Positions 1-9,402 of a DNA stretch of 39,096 bases are shown piece after piece (position 1 is the stretch's first letter; each line of letters starts with the position of its first letter). Under the pieces are notes generated by a model, which worked only from the letters and a program-made list of their open reading frames with translations, did not search any database and was not told where the DNA came from. The position numbers and the translations under genes were made by a program. Source of the stretch: an uncultured bacterium (GTDB taxonomy: Bacteria; Fidelibacterota; Marinisomatia; Marinisomatales; UBA1611); NCBI GenBank assembly GCA_964001155.1, contig CAXFCD010000180.1:1-39096 (forward strand). Reading direction: 5' to 3'.

Positions 1-771
1 AAACCGGATTTAATCATTAATGCATCAGGTGTCCCAAAACAAACCATACCGGACACAGCCACATTTTATCAACGTGAACTTGGGTTTGAAGGCATTCCAT
101 CTTTCAGTATCCATTGTACATGTCTTTCTTTTATAGTCGCATTGAATTCTGTCTCTTCTCTTATTCACTCTGGTACTTACAAACGGATTCTTATTATTTC
201 GTCAGATCGGGGAACAAGAGGACGAAATTTTGATGAACCTGAAAGTGCCTCCCTTTTAGGGGATGGCGCGGCAGCGGTGGTGGTTGAACCATCATCAGTA
301 AATGAGAATAGTGAACTTATTTATTTTGATATGAAAACATTTCCAAGTTGTGCAAATCTTACTGAAGTCCGTGGTGGCGGAACGAACAAACATCCCCAAG
401 ATTCAGACACAACTTTTGCTGATAATTTATTTACCATGGATGGTCCCGCGGTTTATAAAATAGCACGGAAAGAAGTGTATCGCATGATGTTGAAAACCAT
501 GAAAGCTACGGGCTTAAAACGAGAAGATGTGGACTGGGTCATTCCCCACCAAGCCTCAGGGAAGGCTGTAGATGCTTACATATCAACCGGTGGGTTTGCG
601 AAAGAAAAAGTTGTGAGCATCATTTCAGAATTTGGGAATTGTGTGGCAGCATCCGTCCCAATGGCATTTGCCACAGCAGTACAAGATGAACGAATCAAAC
701 GAGGGGATTTACTTTTGTTTATTGGAACAGGTGCAGGATTATCCGCTGCTTGTGCGTTAATTCGGTATTGA
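1..771 (+). CDS. 3-oxoacyl-ACP synthase III (FabH-like / KAS III family), 5'-truncated by the window edge
   Basis: Frame 1 is open from base 1 (KPDLIINASGVPKQTIPD...) to TGA at 769-771. The ORF-track start at 142 is an internal TTG. Thiolase-fold KAS III triad context is present: Cys in SIHCTCLSF, His in IPHQASGKAV, Asn in FGNCVAASVP, and a GTGAGLS C-terminus. Confidence 0.8.
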   Translation, partial: KPDLIINASGVPKQTIPDTATFYQRELGFEGIPSFSIHCTCLSFIVALNSVSSLIHSGTYKRILIISSDRGTRGRNFDEPESASLLGDGAAAVVVEPSSVNENSELIYFDMKTFPSCANLTEVRGGGTNKHPQDSDTTFADNLFTMDGPAVYKIARKEVYRMMLKTMKATGLKREDVDWVIPHQASGKAVDAYISTGGFAKEKVVSIISEFGNCVAASVPMAFATAVQDERIKRGDLLLFIGTGAGLSAACALIRY

Positions 772-1830
772 CTATTTGACTAAAACCATCTTCCTGATTT
801 TTATATCCATCCCATCATTGATCTTTAAAAAATAAACACCGGAAGAAAAGTCAACCCCATCCCACTGAATTTGATGATGTCCCGATTTATAAATTTCATT
901 TTTAGAAATCACATCCACTTCATTTCCCAATATATTATAAACTCGAATATCCATTATCCGATCAAACGGAATTTGCAATTCAAGTGTTGTGATTGGATTA
1001 AAAGGATTTGGAAAAGGTGGTGATAATTTGAATTCATACGGAAACGGATTTTTCACAATGGAAACACTATCGCATTCTTGCGGCGAATAAACCGGAAAAG
1101 AATAATAAAATTGATCCAGACTCAACTCAAAATGTTCACTTTCCGCTACGCAGGAATCCACGTCCTCACAGAGCATATTTGCGCCAATGGCGAAATAAGG
1201 ATAGCCACCATTGTCATCGTTATCCCAATCCAAGTCCAAATCACAAAAGCAATCCGGAAGTGATTCGAGATTATTATTAAATAACCAAAGATAGGTTAAG
1301 TTTGATAAACTGCAAATGGATTCAGGAATACTGCCTATTTCATTATAACCCAAATCCAAGAAATACAAATTTTCAATGTTTCCGATGCTGTCTGGTAAGG
1401 AGGTTAATACATTATTATTGATATAAAATGATTGCAGAGCTGTCAATTCACTGAAAGTTTCAGGAAGAGTTGAAATCCGGTTCCATTCCAAATACAGCGA
1501 AGCCAGACCGTTCCAATTACCCATATTTTCAGGAAGTGTGTAAATGGTATCATTGACCCCAGAACTATTGCCATAATTACCTGCAACTAAAAACCGCAAC
1601 CGACCATTGAACCATGTTTGCGTTCCCAGTTCCAATGGAGAATCATAGTCTAATCCATTTTGAGAGATGATGGAATCCAATACCGCTACATCATCATCAT
1701 AGAGGCACGAATCTCCAATGAGAATGGTTACATTGGAAGGCAAGTCTGGATAATAAGTATAGGCACTGTCACATTGACCAAAAATCACTTGGAATAAAAG
1801 TACAATTGTAACTGAAAATAATTTTTTCAT
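772..1830 (-). CDS. Secreted leucine-rich-repeat protein with a T9SS C-terminal sorting domain
   Basis: I prefer the internal ATG at 1828-1830 (MKKLFSVTIVLLFQVIFGQ signal peptide), which overlaps the upstream TGA (1827-1829) as ATGA. LRR units are visible (LPETFSELTALQSFYINNNVLTSLPDSIGNIENLYFLDLGYNEIGSIPESICSLSNLTYLWLFNNNLESLP). The C-terminal 80 aa are FPNPFNPITT...SGVYFLKI...RKMVLVK, a Por_Secre_tail-type domain. Confidence 0.75.
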   Translation of the reverse strand: MKKLFSVTIVLLFQVIFGQCDSAYTYYPDLPSNVTILIGDSCLYDDDVAVLDSIISQNGLDYDSPLELGTQTWFNGRLRFLVAGNYGNSSGVNDTIYTLPENMGNWNGLASLYLEWNRISTLPETFSELTALQSFYINNNVLTSLPDSIGNIENLYFLDLGYNEIGSIPESICSLSNLTYLWLFNNNLESLPDCFCDLDLDWDNDDNGGYPYFAIGANMLCEDVDSCVAESEHFELSLDQFYYSFPVYSPQECDSVSIVKNPFPYEFKLSPPFPNPFNPITTLELQIPFDRIMDIRVYNILGNEVDVISKNEIYKSGHHQIQWDGVDFSSGVYFLKINDGMDIKIRKMVLVK

Positions 1831-3875
1831 TTTAAAAGGACGATTTTTTTGGATTGAGACAAATGACCATTCGTTAATTTTACAAAATAAATACCGGAAG
1901 TTTGATTTCGTGCATCCCAATAAAATTGATGATGCCCAGTATTTGGATACCCATTTACAAATTCCTTCACCATCCGTCCGGAAATATCATAAACTTCTAA
2001 TATTAATTGTTTCTGATCTCCTGAAACTTCAATTGGAATTGTAATGGAAGGATTAAATGGATTTGGAAATGGATCATATAATTGGAATACTGTTGGCAAT
2101 GTCCCAGGTTTATTCCCAAGGGAGTAGGAGTGGCCATTAACCTGAACCAGTTTTTGCCGTTCCGGATGGTGAACCGGTGTTACAACTAACTCAATATTGC
2201 TCATATTATTCGTTTCAGGAATATCACCGGTAAATGAAAGTGTTTCTGTAGAATTTGGCTGAATAATTAAATTTCCTTCAGTCGGCTCAAACCATCCTAA
2301 TTGATCCGTGAATGTATAATGTAATTCCAATTCATAATTTCCTTCATTGATTAAATCGTAGGAGATAGACGATATTACTGGAGCTAAATACACACCCGGT
2401 TGATTATAAATCTCATGAAGATCATTTACCATCACACTGTATGCTGCCGGGAATAACCCGGGAATCCGATGGGCTCGGTACACAGCACCATTTGGCAAAC
2501 TCAAATTATAATTGGCTTCCCAAACAATCATTCCACTTGAATTCACTTCAAGACTTCTTCCGCCACCACCAACAGTTGTAACAATAACATTGCCATTAGC
2601 CAATTTCTGTGCATTTCCGGAAGCGAATCCGAAAAGATCATCAGGAAGTTCATAAGACCAAGCCAATTCTGCATTGTTGCCATTGACAGAAATTTCAATA
2701 GCTCTTGATTGAGGATCATTCGTTCCCCGGAAAATTTCCGAAAGGTTACCATTATCGAATGTTAGAAAATTTCCATTATCCAAAATTTGAATACTATGTT
2801 GAAAACTAAATCCAATGTCATGGCCCATTGTCACATCGCCGGAAGGCATTTCGTGTCCCATATTCCAAATCACATCTCCGGATGGATAATCAATTTTTGT
2901 CAGTCTGGATAAATGTCGTGTTGAGATATAAATAGCGCTGTCTTCTTCATCAAAAATAACAGCATTCACATGGGTCCAATCATAATGAAGGTCCAAATAT
3001 GCCTGGTTCCACGTACCGCCATATTGGTCATAATCCACCATATTGTAATGGTCAAAAACATTCCACTCCCAAACTACATTTCCAGATTCCACATCCCATT
3101 CCACTATCTTATCACCGATCCAGGGGAATTCAACGGTTACCCCATCTGCAATAAATCCCAGTGATTGGAATAGAGGTGTCCAACTACCGATAGGAATGGG
3201 ACCCAACGAACTTGTTTCTACGATACCAAGATAATTCCCGTTGGGAAGTTGAATGATATCATGGTGTAAAAACTCATCGTTCGGTTCTTCCCAAATTGTT
3301 TCGCCATCAAATGTGAATTCTTTCCCCGGAAGATTATTTTCCGCTCCGGAAACCAAGGTACAACCAAACACATTTCCAAAATCATCTGTGCTATAATAAA
3401 CTAAATTTTCATCACCGGAATTCCAGATCTCTTTCCCGGTCTCATCTACTGCAGCAGAAAAATAATTGAAAAAAGCACCAAAGACTGTCACGCCGTCCTG
3501 GATTTGATTGGCGTTTGAAATAGTAGTCGTAGTTTCGGATAAAGGTGATCCCGTAGAAAAAGAAAAGGAATCGGACCAAGAGCCTGTTGGGCCGGTATCA
3601 TACAAAGGACGAATCCGCCAATAATACGTTTTGTCCCAATCCAACGCTTCCTTTTCTACATATATCAAAGTGTTATCGTCCACTTGAACAACTATGTCTG
3701 AAAAATTTGAATTCTCTGAGATTTGTAACTCGTAATGGACTGCTTCAGGTACTTGCTCCCATTCAAATAAAACATGGATGTGGTTCAGGTTTGCTCCATT
3801 CTCTGGCGAGATCAGCCCGCCAAAGCAAATGCTAATCCCTAAGATGGCTAGAGTGATGATTTTTCTAAACTTCAT
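1827..3875 (-). CDS. Arylsulfotransferase (ASST)-like beta-propeller protein with an N-terminal Fn3-like module and a T9SS C-terminal sorting domain
   Basis: ATG at 3873-3875 and signal peptide MKFRKIITLAILGISICFG. ASST-family-like motifs are present: FLHHDIIQLPNGNYLG, DWTHVNAVIFDEEDSAIYISTRHLSRLTKIDYPSGDVIW, FQHSIQILDNGNFLTFDNGN. The CTD is FPNPFNPSITI...SGIYFVKL...KKIVLLK. The family call rests on motifs only. Confidence 0.6.
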   Translation of the reverse strand: MKFRKIITLAILGISICFGGLISPENGANLNHIHVLFEWEQVPEAVHYELQISENSNFSDIVVQVDDNTLIYVEKEALDWDKTYYWRIRPLYDTGPTGSWSDSFSFSTGSPLSETTTTISNANQIQDGVTVFGAFFNYFSAAVDETGKEIWNSGDENLVYYSTDDFGNVFGCTLVSGAENNLPGKEFTFDGETIWEEPNDEFLHHDIIQLPNGNYLGIVETSSLGPIPIGSWTPLFQSLGFIADGVTVEFPWIGDKIVEWDVESGNVVWEWNVFDHYNMVDYDQYGGTWNQAYLDLHYDWTHVNAVIFDEEDSAIYISTRHLSRLTKIDYPSGDVIWNMGHEMPSGDVTMGHDIGFSFQHSIQILDNGNFLTFDNGNLSEIFRGTNDPQSRAIEISVNGNNAELAWSYELPDDLFGFASGNAQKLANGNVIVTTVGGGGRSLEVNSSGMIVWEANYNLSLPNGAVYRAHRIPGLFPAAYSVMVNDLHEIYNQPGVYLAPVISSISYDLINEGNYELELHYTFTDQLGWFEPTEGNLIIQPNSTETLSFTGDIPETNNMSNIELVVTPVHHPERQKLVQVNGHSYSLGNKPGTLPTVFQLYDPFPNPFNPSITIPIEVSGDQKQLILEVYDISGRMVKEFVNGYPNTGHHQFYWDARNQTSGIYFVKLTNGHLSQSKKIVLLK

Positions 3876-3921
3876 AACTAATTAAAATTACTGACAATTT
3901 AATGGTGCTCATCCTGAAAGG

Positions 3922-4701
3922 TTAAATTTTTATCAAAAAAGATTCAGAGAAGATTTCATCTTTCAGGCCAATATCAGGTTTATAGGATTGGATTTCCATT
4001 ACTGTTTTATTTCCATTTTCTTTTTTCATGGTCATAAGACCCGGGGAAATGAAATTCCCTTTCTCAATAAAATTTGAAAGCGTCAGTATTTTTTCTTTTT
4101 CTGATTCACTACTATAAAATTCAATCTTACCGATTTGCCAATTTTGAGTATTCACCCAAATTTTCCTGGCAAAATAAGCACTTTCATTTTTTGGCCAAGC
4201 CATAATGACTTGGAATCGATTCCCGTCCATATAGTCCGTGCCGATGAGAGATAGACTGTCCACGCCCAATTTCCTGCTTTCCAAATCTTCATAAATAAAA
4301 TCTGTCCCCATAAATGATTTGGATTTCTCCTTGGCTTTCACTCTTTTGGCAGTTTTGAGTTTGGGCAGGAAAAACCATTGATCAGTCTGTCCATTCCTAT
4401 GAACCCAACTCAGCAATCCTGTCCCTTTCACCCGAAGTGGTTTATGAAACCTGACCAAGGATTTTGACCTGAAATTCCCGGATGCATAATTCTTTTGAAA
4501 TCGTGTGAATTCACGGGTCTTCACTTTTTCCTTTCCTCTTTTTACTCGCATTATTTCCAATTTTATTTCCGTGATCGATGATTTTGGCTTGGGTGTATTG
4601 TAAACCATTTCCATGATCTCACGGGCTGAGAAATCCTGGCCATTTAAAGGCAAAATAATGAAAATGGATATAAAAATTTTAGGAATCAGTTTGGTCTTCA
4701 T
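3922..4701 (-). CDS. LolA-like outer-membrane lipoprotein-sorting family protein (partner of the MMPL exporter)
   Basis: ATG at 4699-4701 with a signal peptide. Family-typical stretch: LVRFHKPLRVKGTGLLSWVHRNGQTDQWFFLPKLKTAKRVKAKEKSKSFMGTDFIYEDLE. It is the last gene of a three-gene minus-strand unit. Confidence 0.65.
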   Translation of the reverse strand: MKTKLIPKIFISIFIILPLNGQDFSAREIMEMVYNTPKPKSSITEIKLEIMRVKRGKEKVKTREFTRFQKNYASGNFRSKSLVRFHKPLRVKGTGLLSWVHRNGQTDQWFFLPKLKTAKRVKAKEKSKSFMGTDFIYEDLESRKLGVDSLSLIGTDYMDGNRFQVIMAWPKNESAYFARKIWVNTQNWQIGKIEFYSSESEKEKILTLSNFIEKGNFISPGLMTMKKENGNKTVMEIQSYKPDIGLKDEIFSESFLIKI

Positions 4702-4996
4702 TGCCTTTGATAAAAAATAGCGAAAAGGGTGTGAATAAAATGGAAATCAGGGAGACAGTCAAATAATCTTGGCTGTACTTTAATTCGAAATAACCGGCAA
4801 CTTGTAAACATATAAACACATACCCAATCAAAATGAAATCCAGGTAATTTTCCAAAATGTGAGATATAAACATCGTTAAAGTCCAATCCCGATAGGTGCC
4901 AATTCCTTCTGCTGACCCAATAACATACATGAGTAACAAAAAAGCAAGCAATAGCAACATACCGCTGAGCGTTTTATCTTGTTGTTCGGTTTTCAT
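4679..4996 (-). CDS. Small integral membrane protein (about 3 TM helices), function unknown
   Basis: ATG at 4994-4996 overlaps the MMPL stop (TGA 4993-4995) as ATGA. Hydrophobic segments are LSGMLLLLAFLLLMYVIG, LDFILIGYVFICLQVAGYF and LISILFTPFSLFFI. The 3' end overlaps the next gene by 23 nt. Confidence 0.45.
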   Translation of the reverse strand: MKTEQQDKTLSGMLLLLAFLLLMYVIGSAEGIGTYRDWTLTMFISHILENYLDFILIGYVFICLQVAGYFELKYSQDYLTVSLISILFTPFSLFFIKGNEDQTDS

Positions 4997-7281
4997 CGAT
5001 AAAGAAATTTAGGATTGATAAGGCTGGTTAGAGCAGGCAAAGTTGCCAAAGCGCCAAATAAACAAAAAGAAATTGATCCCATGACTAAAATGCCAAAAAT
5101 CTGGACAGGAACAAACACTGAAAACAGCAATGCTGAAAATCCAACCACCACAGACAATCCATTAAACAGAATGCCTTTTCCCGAAATCAGCAATGTGTTC
5201 GCGATAGCTTCATCCAAGGAATCGCCTTCTTTAATATGATCCCGCAAATGCCATAAAAAGTGAACGGTATAATCCACACCAACGCCCACTAAAATTCCCG
5301 TCAACATGGATGTTGTCATATTCAAGGGAATGTCCAGATAGCCCATTAGTCCAAACATCATAACCACAGAGGCCACCATGGGAAGGGTCGCTAAAAGGCC
5401 GCCTGTTATGGATCGAAAAACCAAAGTCATAATCAATAAAATCATGAAAATAGAAAAACAGAGACTCAAGAATTGTCCCCGTAATACCATTCGGGTTAAA
5501 ATGCCTAATAAGGTAGCTCCGCCGGTGAGTTCCATGGGAGATTCGTCATAAAAGTTAGCCATGATGAATTGATCCGTATCATCCACAATTTCAGCAATCG
5601 TGAAGGTCTGGACTTCATTGAGTCTTAAAAAAACTTGGGTAAATGAGGGCTCTTCCATGTCGTCCAGCATTAAGTCAAAATCATCACCATCACCAGTGAG
5701 AGAATACAAAAACATATACTGTGCAATCAGATCACGATCATCGGGAATGACTTCATACGCCGGGTCGCCTCCATGAAAACCTGCGTTCATTTTCTTAATA
5801 ACATCAACAATGGAAAATGATTTTGTAACAATTTCATGAGTCGCTTTCATATGGTTCGTGAGCATTTCGATATTGTGCAATGTTGCAGGATCAAAAATGT
5901 CTCCCTCCACCAGAATATGCATCTGCGTGGAACCGCCAAAGGCTTCACTGATTTTTGTATTGGCTACTCGTAACCGGGATTCCGGTGGGAAATAATGGTC
6001 AGGATTTGTATCCACTTTGAGTTCATTGATGCCCATGGACAACCAAGCACCTACCGTGGCCAAAAAGACAAGAATCGGAATTCTAAATCTCGTAAACCCT
6101 CGCCCCAGCCATACGAGAAAAATATTGATTCCCGGTAAAGTACGTTTTTTAGTTAAATAGGTTGGACGGGGAACCAATACCAGAACAGAAGGAATCAGAA
6201 AAACACTTAATAAAAATGCCACCAAAATCCCGAAGGAGATTAACAGGCTCATTTCCCGAACTCGGGGTAAAGTATGGGACAATAAACTTAAAAAACTGAT
6301 AATGGTCGTTAGTCCAGCTAAAAAAATCGGGATACCCAATTTTCGAATTGTTTTTCGCAGGATTTTGCCTCGAGTTGCTTCCGGCTCCATCGCTGTAAAT
6401 TCATAATAATGGGAAATAATATGGATGCCATAATTATTGGCAATGGCAATGAGCATCACCGGAATGAGTGTGCCAATAAATGCAACAGACTTATCCAGCC
6501 AACCCATGATGCCAAATGTCCAAAGGATGGAAAATCCCACCACAAAAAAAGGCAGAAAAACACCGGTCCAGCTTCGGAATGAAATCATCAAGAGCAATAT
6601 GCCTAACCCCAAAGCAATGGGAGTAAAGACGCGCAAATCACGCTGCATATTTTCAACCACTGTGGCTCGGGTGATAGGTAGGCTGGCTACATAAAAGTTT
6701 TCCGGCTGATTGAACCGGTTTACCAAACTGAACACACGGCGACGGAACTCAAACTCGTCATACTCAAAAGAGGTAATGATCTGGCCAATAAAACATAATG
6801 TTTTAAAATCATCCGACACCAAATTGCCAACCATACCGGAATCTTTAATTTTTTGAATCAATTCTACTTGGGCGACAGAATCTTTAGGGATATCTACCAA
6901 GAGCGGTTCAATTTCAAAACCACCCTCATCCGGTAAGATATGCTTCTGTGTAAAAATGGATGTGACTCTGCCAAGAACATCGAAGGACTCCAATGAATCT
7001 TGAAAGGCAGCTAATTTTATTAAAGTGTGGGATGAAAAGAGGCTGTCGGATTCAACCGCAACGATTATGATATCACTGCCTGAAAACAGATCGTCCACTT
7101 TTTCCATGGAATGAACAATCTCGTGATCCCGTGGCAGCATTGATTTAACACTGGGATCCAATTCCAGATTAAAGACCTTCCAACCAAGAATGACCGATAT
7201 AAATATTACACCGGAAATGATGGACCGCGGGTAGTGGGCATCGAAATTAAATAGTCGTCTTGAGAATTCTCTGAGATTCAT
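4993..7281 (-). CDS. RND-superfamily exporter, MMPL / COG1033-type (two 6-TM sterol-sensing-like bundles)
   Basis: 762 aa with ATG at 7279-7281. Two repeated halves each have a soluble loop followed by TM clusters. Typical motifs are IAIANNYGIHIISHYYE and GVGVDYTVHFLWHLRDHIKEG. Confidence 0.85.
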   Translation of the reverse strand: MNLREFSRRLFNFDAHYPRSIISGVIFISVILGWKVFNLELDPSVKSMLPRDHEIVHSMEKVDDLFSGSDIIIVAVESDSLFSSHTLIKLAAFQDSLESFDVLGRVTSIFTQKHILPDEGGFEIEPLLVDIPKDSVAQVELIQKIKDSGMVGNLVSDDFKTLCFIGQIITSFEYDEFEFRRRVFSLVNRFNQPENFYVASLPITRATVVENMQRDLRVFTPIALGLGILLLMISFRSWTGVFLPFFVVGFSILWTFGIMGWLDKSVAFIGTLIPVMLIAIANNYGIHIISHYYEFTAMEPEATRGKILRKTIRKLGIPIFLAGLTTIISFLSLLSHTLPRVREMSLLISFGILVAFLLSVFLIPSVLVLVPRPTYLTKKRTLPGINIFLVWLGRGFTRFRIPILVFLATVGAWLSMGINELKVDTNPDHYFPPESRLRVANTKISEAFGGSTQMHILVEGDIFDPATLHNIEMLTNHMKATHEIVTKSFSIVDVIKKMNAGFHGGDPAYEVIPDDRDLIAQYMFLYSLTGDGDDFDLMLDDMEEPSFTQVFLRLNEVQTFTIAEIVDDTDQFIMANFYDESPMELTGGATLLGILTRMVLRGQFLSLCFSIFMILLIMTLVFRSITGGLLATLPMVASVVMMFGLMGYLDIPLNMTTSMLTGILVGVGVDYTVHFLWHLRDHIKEGDSLDEAIANTLLISGKGILFNGLSVVVGFSALLFSVFVPVQIFGILVMGSISFCLFGALATLPALTSLINPKFLYR

Positions 7282-7363
7282 AGCATTAAAGACTAAAAAT
7301 TTACATGTTTAATAAACCGAATGGAATCCGTTCTCTACTGGAATTCATTTTGTAATTTTAATC

Positions 7364-7996
7364 ATGCCAATTGATGTTTCAAATCTGAAAGATCCATTTG
7401 TCCTTTTTGGAAATGGTGAAATTCCAACCCACCAAATTCCAATCCAAACCCTAAATAATGCAAGGTCAATCCTATGTGCAGACGGTGGCGCGGATAAATT
7501 GAACCAACTTGGATTTAAACCTAAACTCATTTTGGGTGACTTGGACTCTGCATCCACAGACTCTTTTGATTGTCCCACCATTGAATTGAAAGATCAGACT
7601 AAAACAGATTTACAAAAAAGTCTGGATTGGTGTATTGAGAATGGAATTTCTGAAATATCTCTTATTGGATTTTCGGGAGAAGATGATGACCATTGGATGG
7701 CAGCGCTTTGGACTCTTTTCACTTACCATGAAAAATTGGTTTTAGTTTTTTATTCCAACCATTCCAAAATTTTTTGCGTTGAGGGTGAGAAAACTATTTC
7801 TACCCATCCGGGACAAAAAATATCTATCATCCCAATCATGGAAAATGTCCAAATCACATCAACAGGATTAAAATATCCAATTGAAAACCATGTTTTGAAA
7901 CCACCTTCTTTTGGAACAAGAAATGAAGCACTGGGCGATTCGTTTTTTATTAAATCTTCCGGCCCTGTTTGGGCCTTTTTGAATTTTGAAAAGTAA
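7364..7996 (+). CDS. thiN: Thiamine pyrophosphokinase (thiamine diphosphokinase)
   Basis: 210 aa. TPK motifs are present: LCADGGADKL, LILGDLDS, DQTKTDLQKSLDW, and a C-terminal thiamine-binding beta domain (SIIP...TSTGLKYPI). Confidence 0.8.
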   Translation: MPIDVSNLKDPFVLFGNGEIPTHQIPIQTLNNARSILCADGGADKLNQLGFKPKLILGDLDSASTDSFDCPTIELKDQTKTDLQKSLDWCIENGISEISLIGFSGEDDDHWMAALWTLFTYHEKLVLVFYSNHSKIFCVEGEKTISTHPGQKISIIPIMENVQITSTGLKYPIENHVLKPPSFGTRNEALGDSFFIKSSGPVWAFLNFEK

Positions 7997-8013
7997 AATG
8001 GATTTTTAATCCA

Positions 8014-9402
8014 ATGACTCAATTTCATTACCTTGATTGGGCAATCCTATTCGCTTATTTCTTGGGACTGTTTTGGATTGGCATTTTCAAATTAAAAGAT
8101 CAATCTGAGTCGCAGGAAACATTTATCCTCAGCGGCAGAAAGTTGAGTTTGGGTGGATTTGTAGCAACGTTGGTAACTACTTGGTACGGTGCCATTTTGG
8201 GTGTAGGAGAAAACACATTTCTGTATGGTATCCAAACTTGGTTCATTTTTGCATTGCCCTACTATATTTTTGCTTTGGGATATGCCTTTTGGATAGCTCC
8301 CAAAATAAGAGAAAACAATTTTTTATCCATTCCAGATCATTTCCGATCTCATTACGGTGAATCTGCCGGGATTCTTTCTGCTTTACTGATCACATTCTTG
8401 GCAAGCCCTGCACCATACATTTTAAGTATGGGGATTTTGGTTCAATTCCTATTTGGAATAAATCTCGGTGCAGCCCTTTTGATCTCAACAATTTTCAGCG
8501 TTGTCTATGTCTGGAATGGGGGATTTTCTGCAGTCGTAAAAACAGACATTCTACAATTTATTCTAATGTTTGCTGGATTTTTTCTGCTGATCGGATTTTC
8601 TTGGAGTCAATTTGGTTCTCCTGGTGAACTTATAAAATCAACCCCAGAAACACATTTAGATCCATTGGGTGGAAACACTTTTCAATATGTTTTGGTTTGG
8701 TTTTTCATTGCCGCGTGGACATTCATTGATCCGGGATTTTACCAACGATGTGCAGCGGCAGATTCACCGGAAACAGCGAAAAAAGGTCTTCTCATTTCCA
8801 TCGGGTTTTGGGCTGTGTTTGATTTGCTCACCGTGTTAAGTGGACTCTATGCAGTTGCACTAATCCAAACGGACCAACCATTGTTATCTTTCCCACTTTT
8901 GGGTCAACATATTTTGCCTATTGGCATATTCGGATTATTTATCACAGGGATTTTGGCCACCATTATGTCCACCATTGATTCATTGAGTTTGATCAGCGCC
9001 ATCACATTTGGCCGCGATATTTTATGGCGAATCCACGGAAAACAGGTTGAATCAAATCCGGTCAAATTGATCCGGAAAGGATTGGTCATTATATCGTTCC
9101 TGTCACTTTTTTTAGCCTTTGCTGTTCCGTCTGTAGTGGTCCTTTTTTATACTATTGGTTCTGTTTTGATTCCCGGACTCATTTTTCCTTTTATTTTATC
9201 ATTATGGAATAAAAAAATATCTATTTCAGAAAAAGTTGCTAATCAATGGATTTTGATACCGGTTGCAGTGTCCTTCATTTGGTTTGGGCTTTCACAAGCG
9301 GGTGGAGATTCTTTCCTAGGAATCGAACCGTTTTATCCCGGAATGATTTTATCTTTTTTATATTTAGGTATGATTCGATACGGAAAAACGTATGGCAATT
9401 GA
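8014..9402 (+). CDS. Sodium:solute symporter family (SSS) transporter, substrate unknown
   Basis: 462 aa and polytopic (about 12-13 TM). SSS-like N-terminal region: ILSGRKLSLGGFVATLVTTWYGAILGVGE. It starts 18 nt after the TPK stop and overlaps the CYTH gene by 11 nt. Confidence 0.8.
   Translation: MTQFHYLDWAILFAYFLGLFWIGIFKLKDQSESQETFILSGRKLSLGGFVATLVTTWYGAILGVGENTFLYGIQTWFIFALPYYIFALGYAFWIAPKIRENNFLSIPDHFRSHYGESAGILSALLITFLASPAPYILSMGILVQFLFGINLGAALLISTIFSVVYVWNGGFSAVVKTDILQFILMFAGFFLLIGFSWSQFGSPGELIKSTPETHLDPLGGNTFQYVLVWFFIAAWTFIDPGFYQRCAAADSPETAKKGLLISIGFWAVFDLLTVLSGLYAVALIQTDQPLLSFPLLGQHILPIGIFGLFITGILATIMSTIDSLSLISAITFGRDILWRIHGKQVESNPVKLIRKGLVIISFLSLFLAFAVPSVVVLFYTIGSVLIPGLIFPFILSLWNKKISISEKVANQWILIPVAVSFIWFGLSQAGGDSFLGIEPFYPGMILSFLYLGMIRYGKTYGN

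Noticed and set aside
772-1920. The 30-codon N-terminal extension of the LRR gene (track start at 1920), and likewise the 21-codon extension of gap (track start at 15255).
   Set aside because: The extensions overlap the upstream genes' conserved C-termini and lack signal or Rossmann features. The internal ATGs (1830 and 15192) give a proper signal peptide and the MRVAINGFGRIGR N-terminus respectively, and each forms an ATGA overlap.
1078-3835. Short ORFs from the track at 1078-1263(+), 2543-2752(-), 2970-3164(+) and 3587-3835(+).
   Set aside because: All lie entirely inside the long, motif-supported LRR and ASST-like genes, either on the opposite strand or in another frame. They have low-complexity or odd composition and no recognisable motifs or start context.
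4698-4886. An alternative-frame 62-aa ORF overlapping the 105-aa small membrane protein ORF.
   Set aside because: It is on the same strand in a different frame. The 4679-4996 frame has clear TM helices and an ATGA junction with the MMPL gene. The 62-aa frame has neither.
7282-7363. A possible TPP (THI-box) riboswitch upstream of the thiamine pyrophosphokinase gene.
   Set aside because: The spacer is only 82 nt and AT-rich, and I could not find the conserved CUGAGA / ACCUGA-type core or suitable helices. The only CTGAGA nearby lies inside the MMPL coding region. A covariance-model scan would be definitive.
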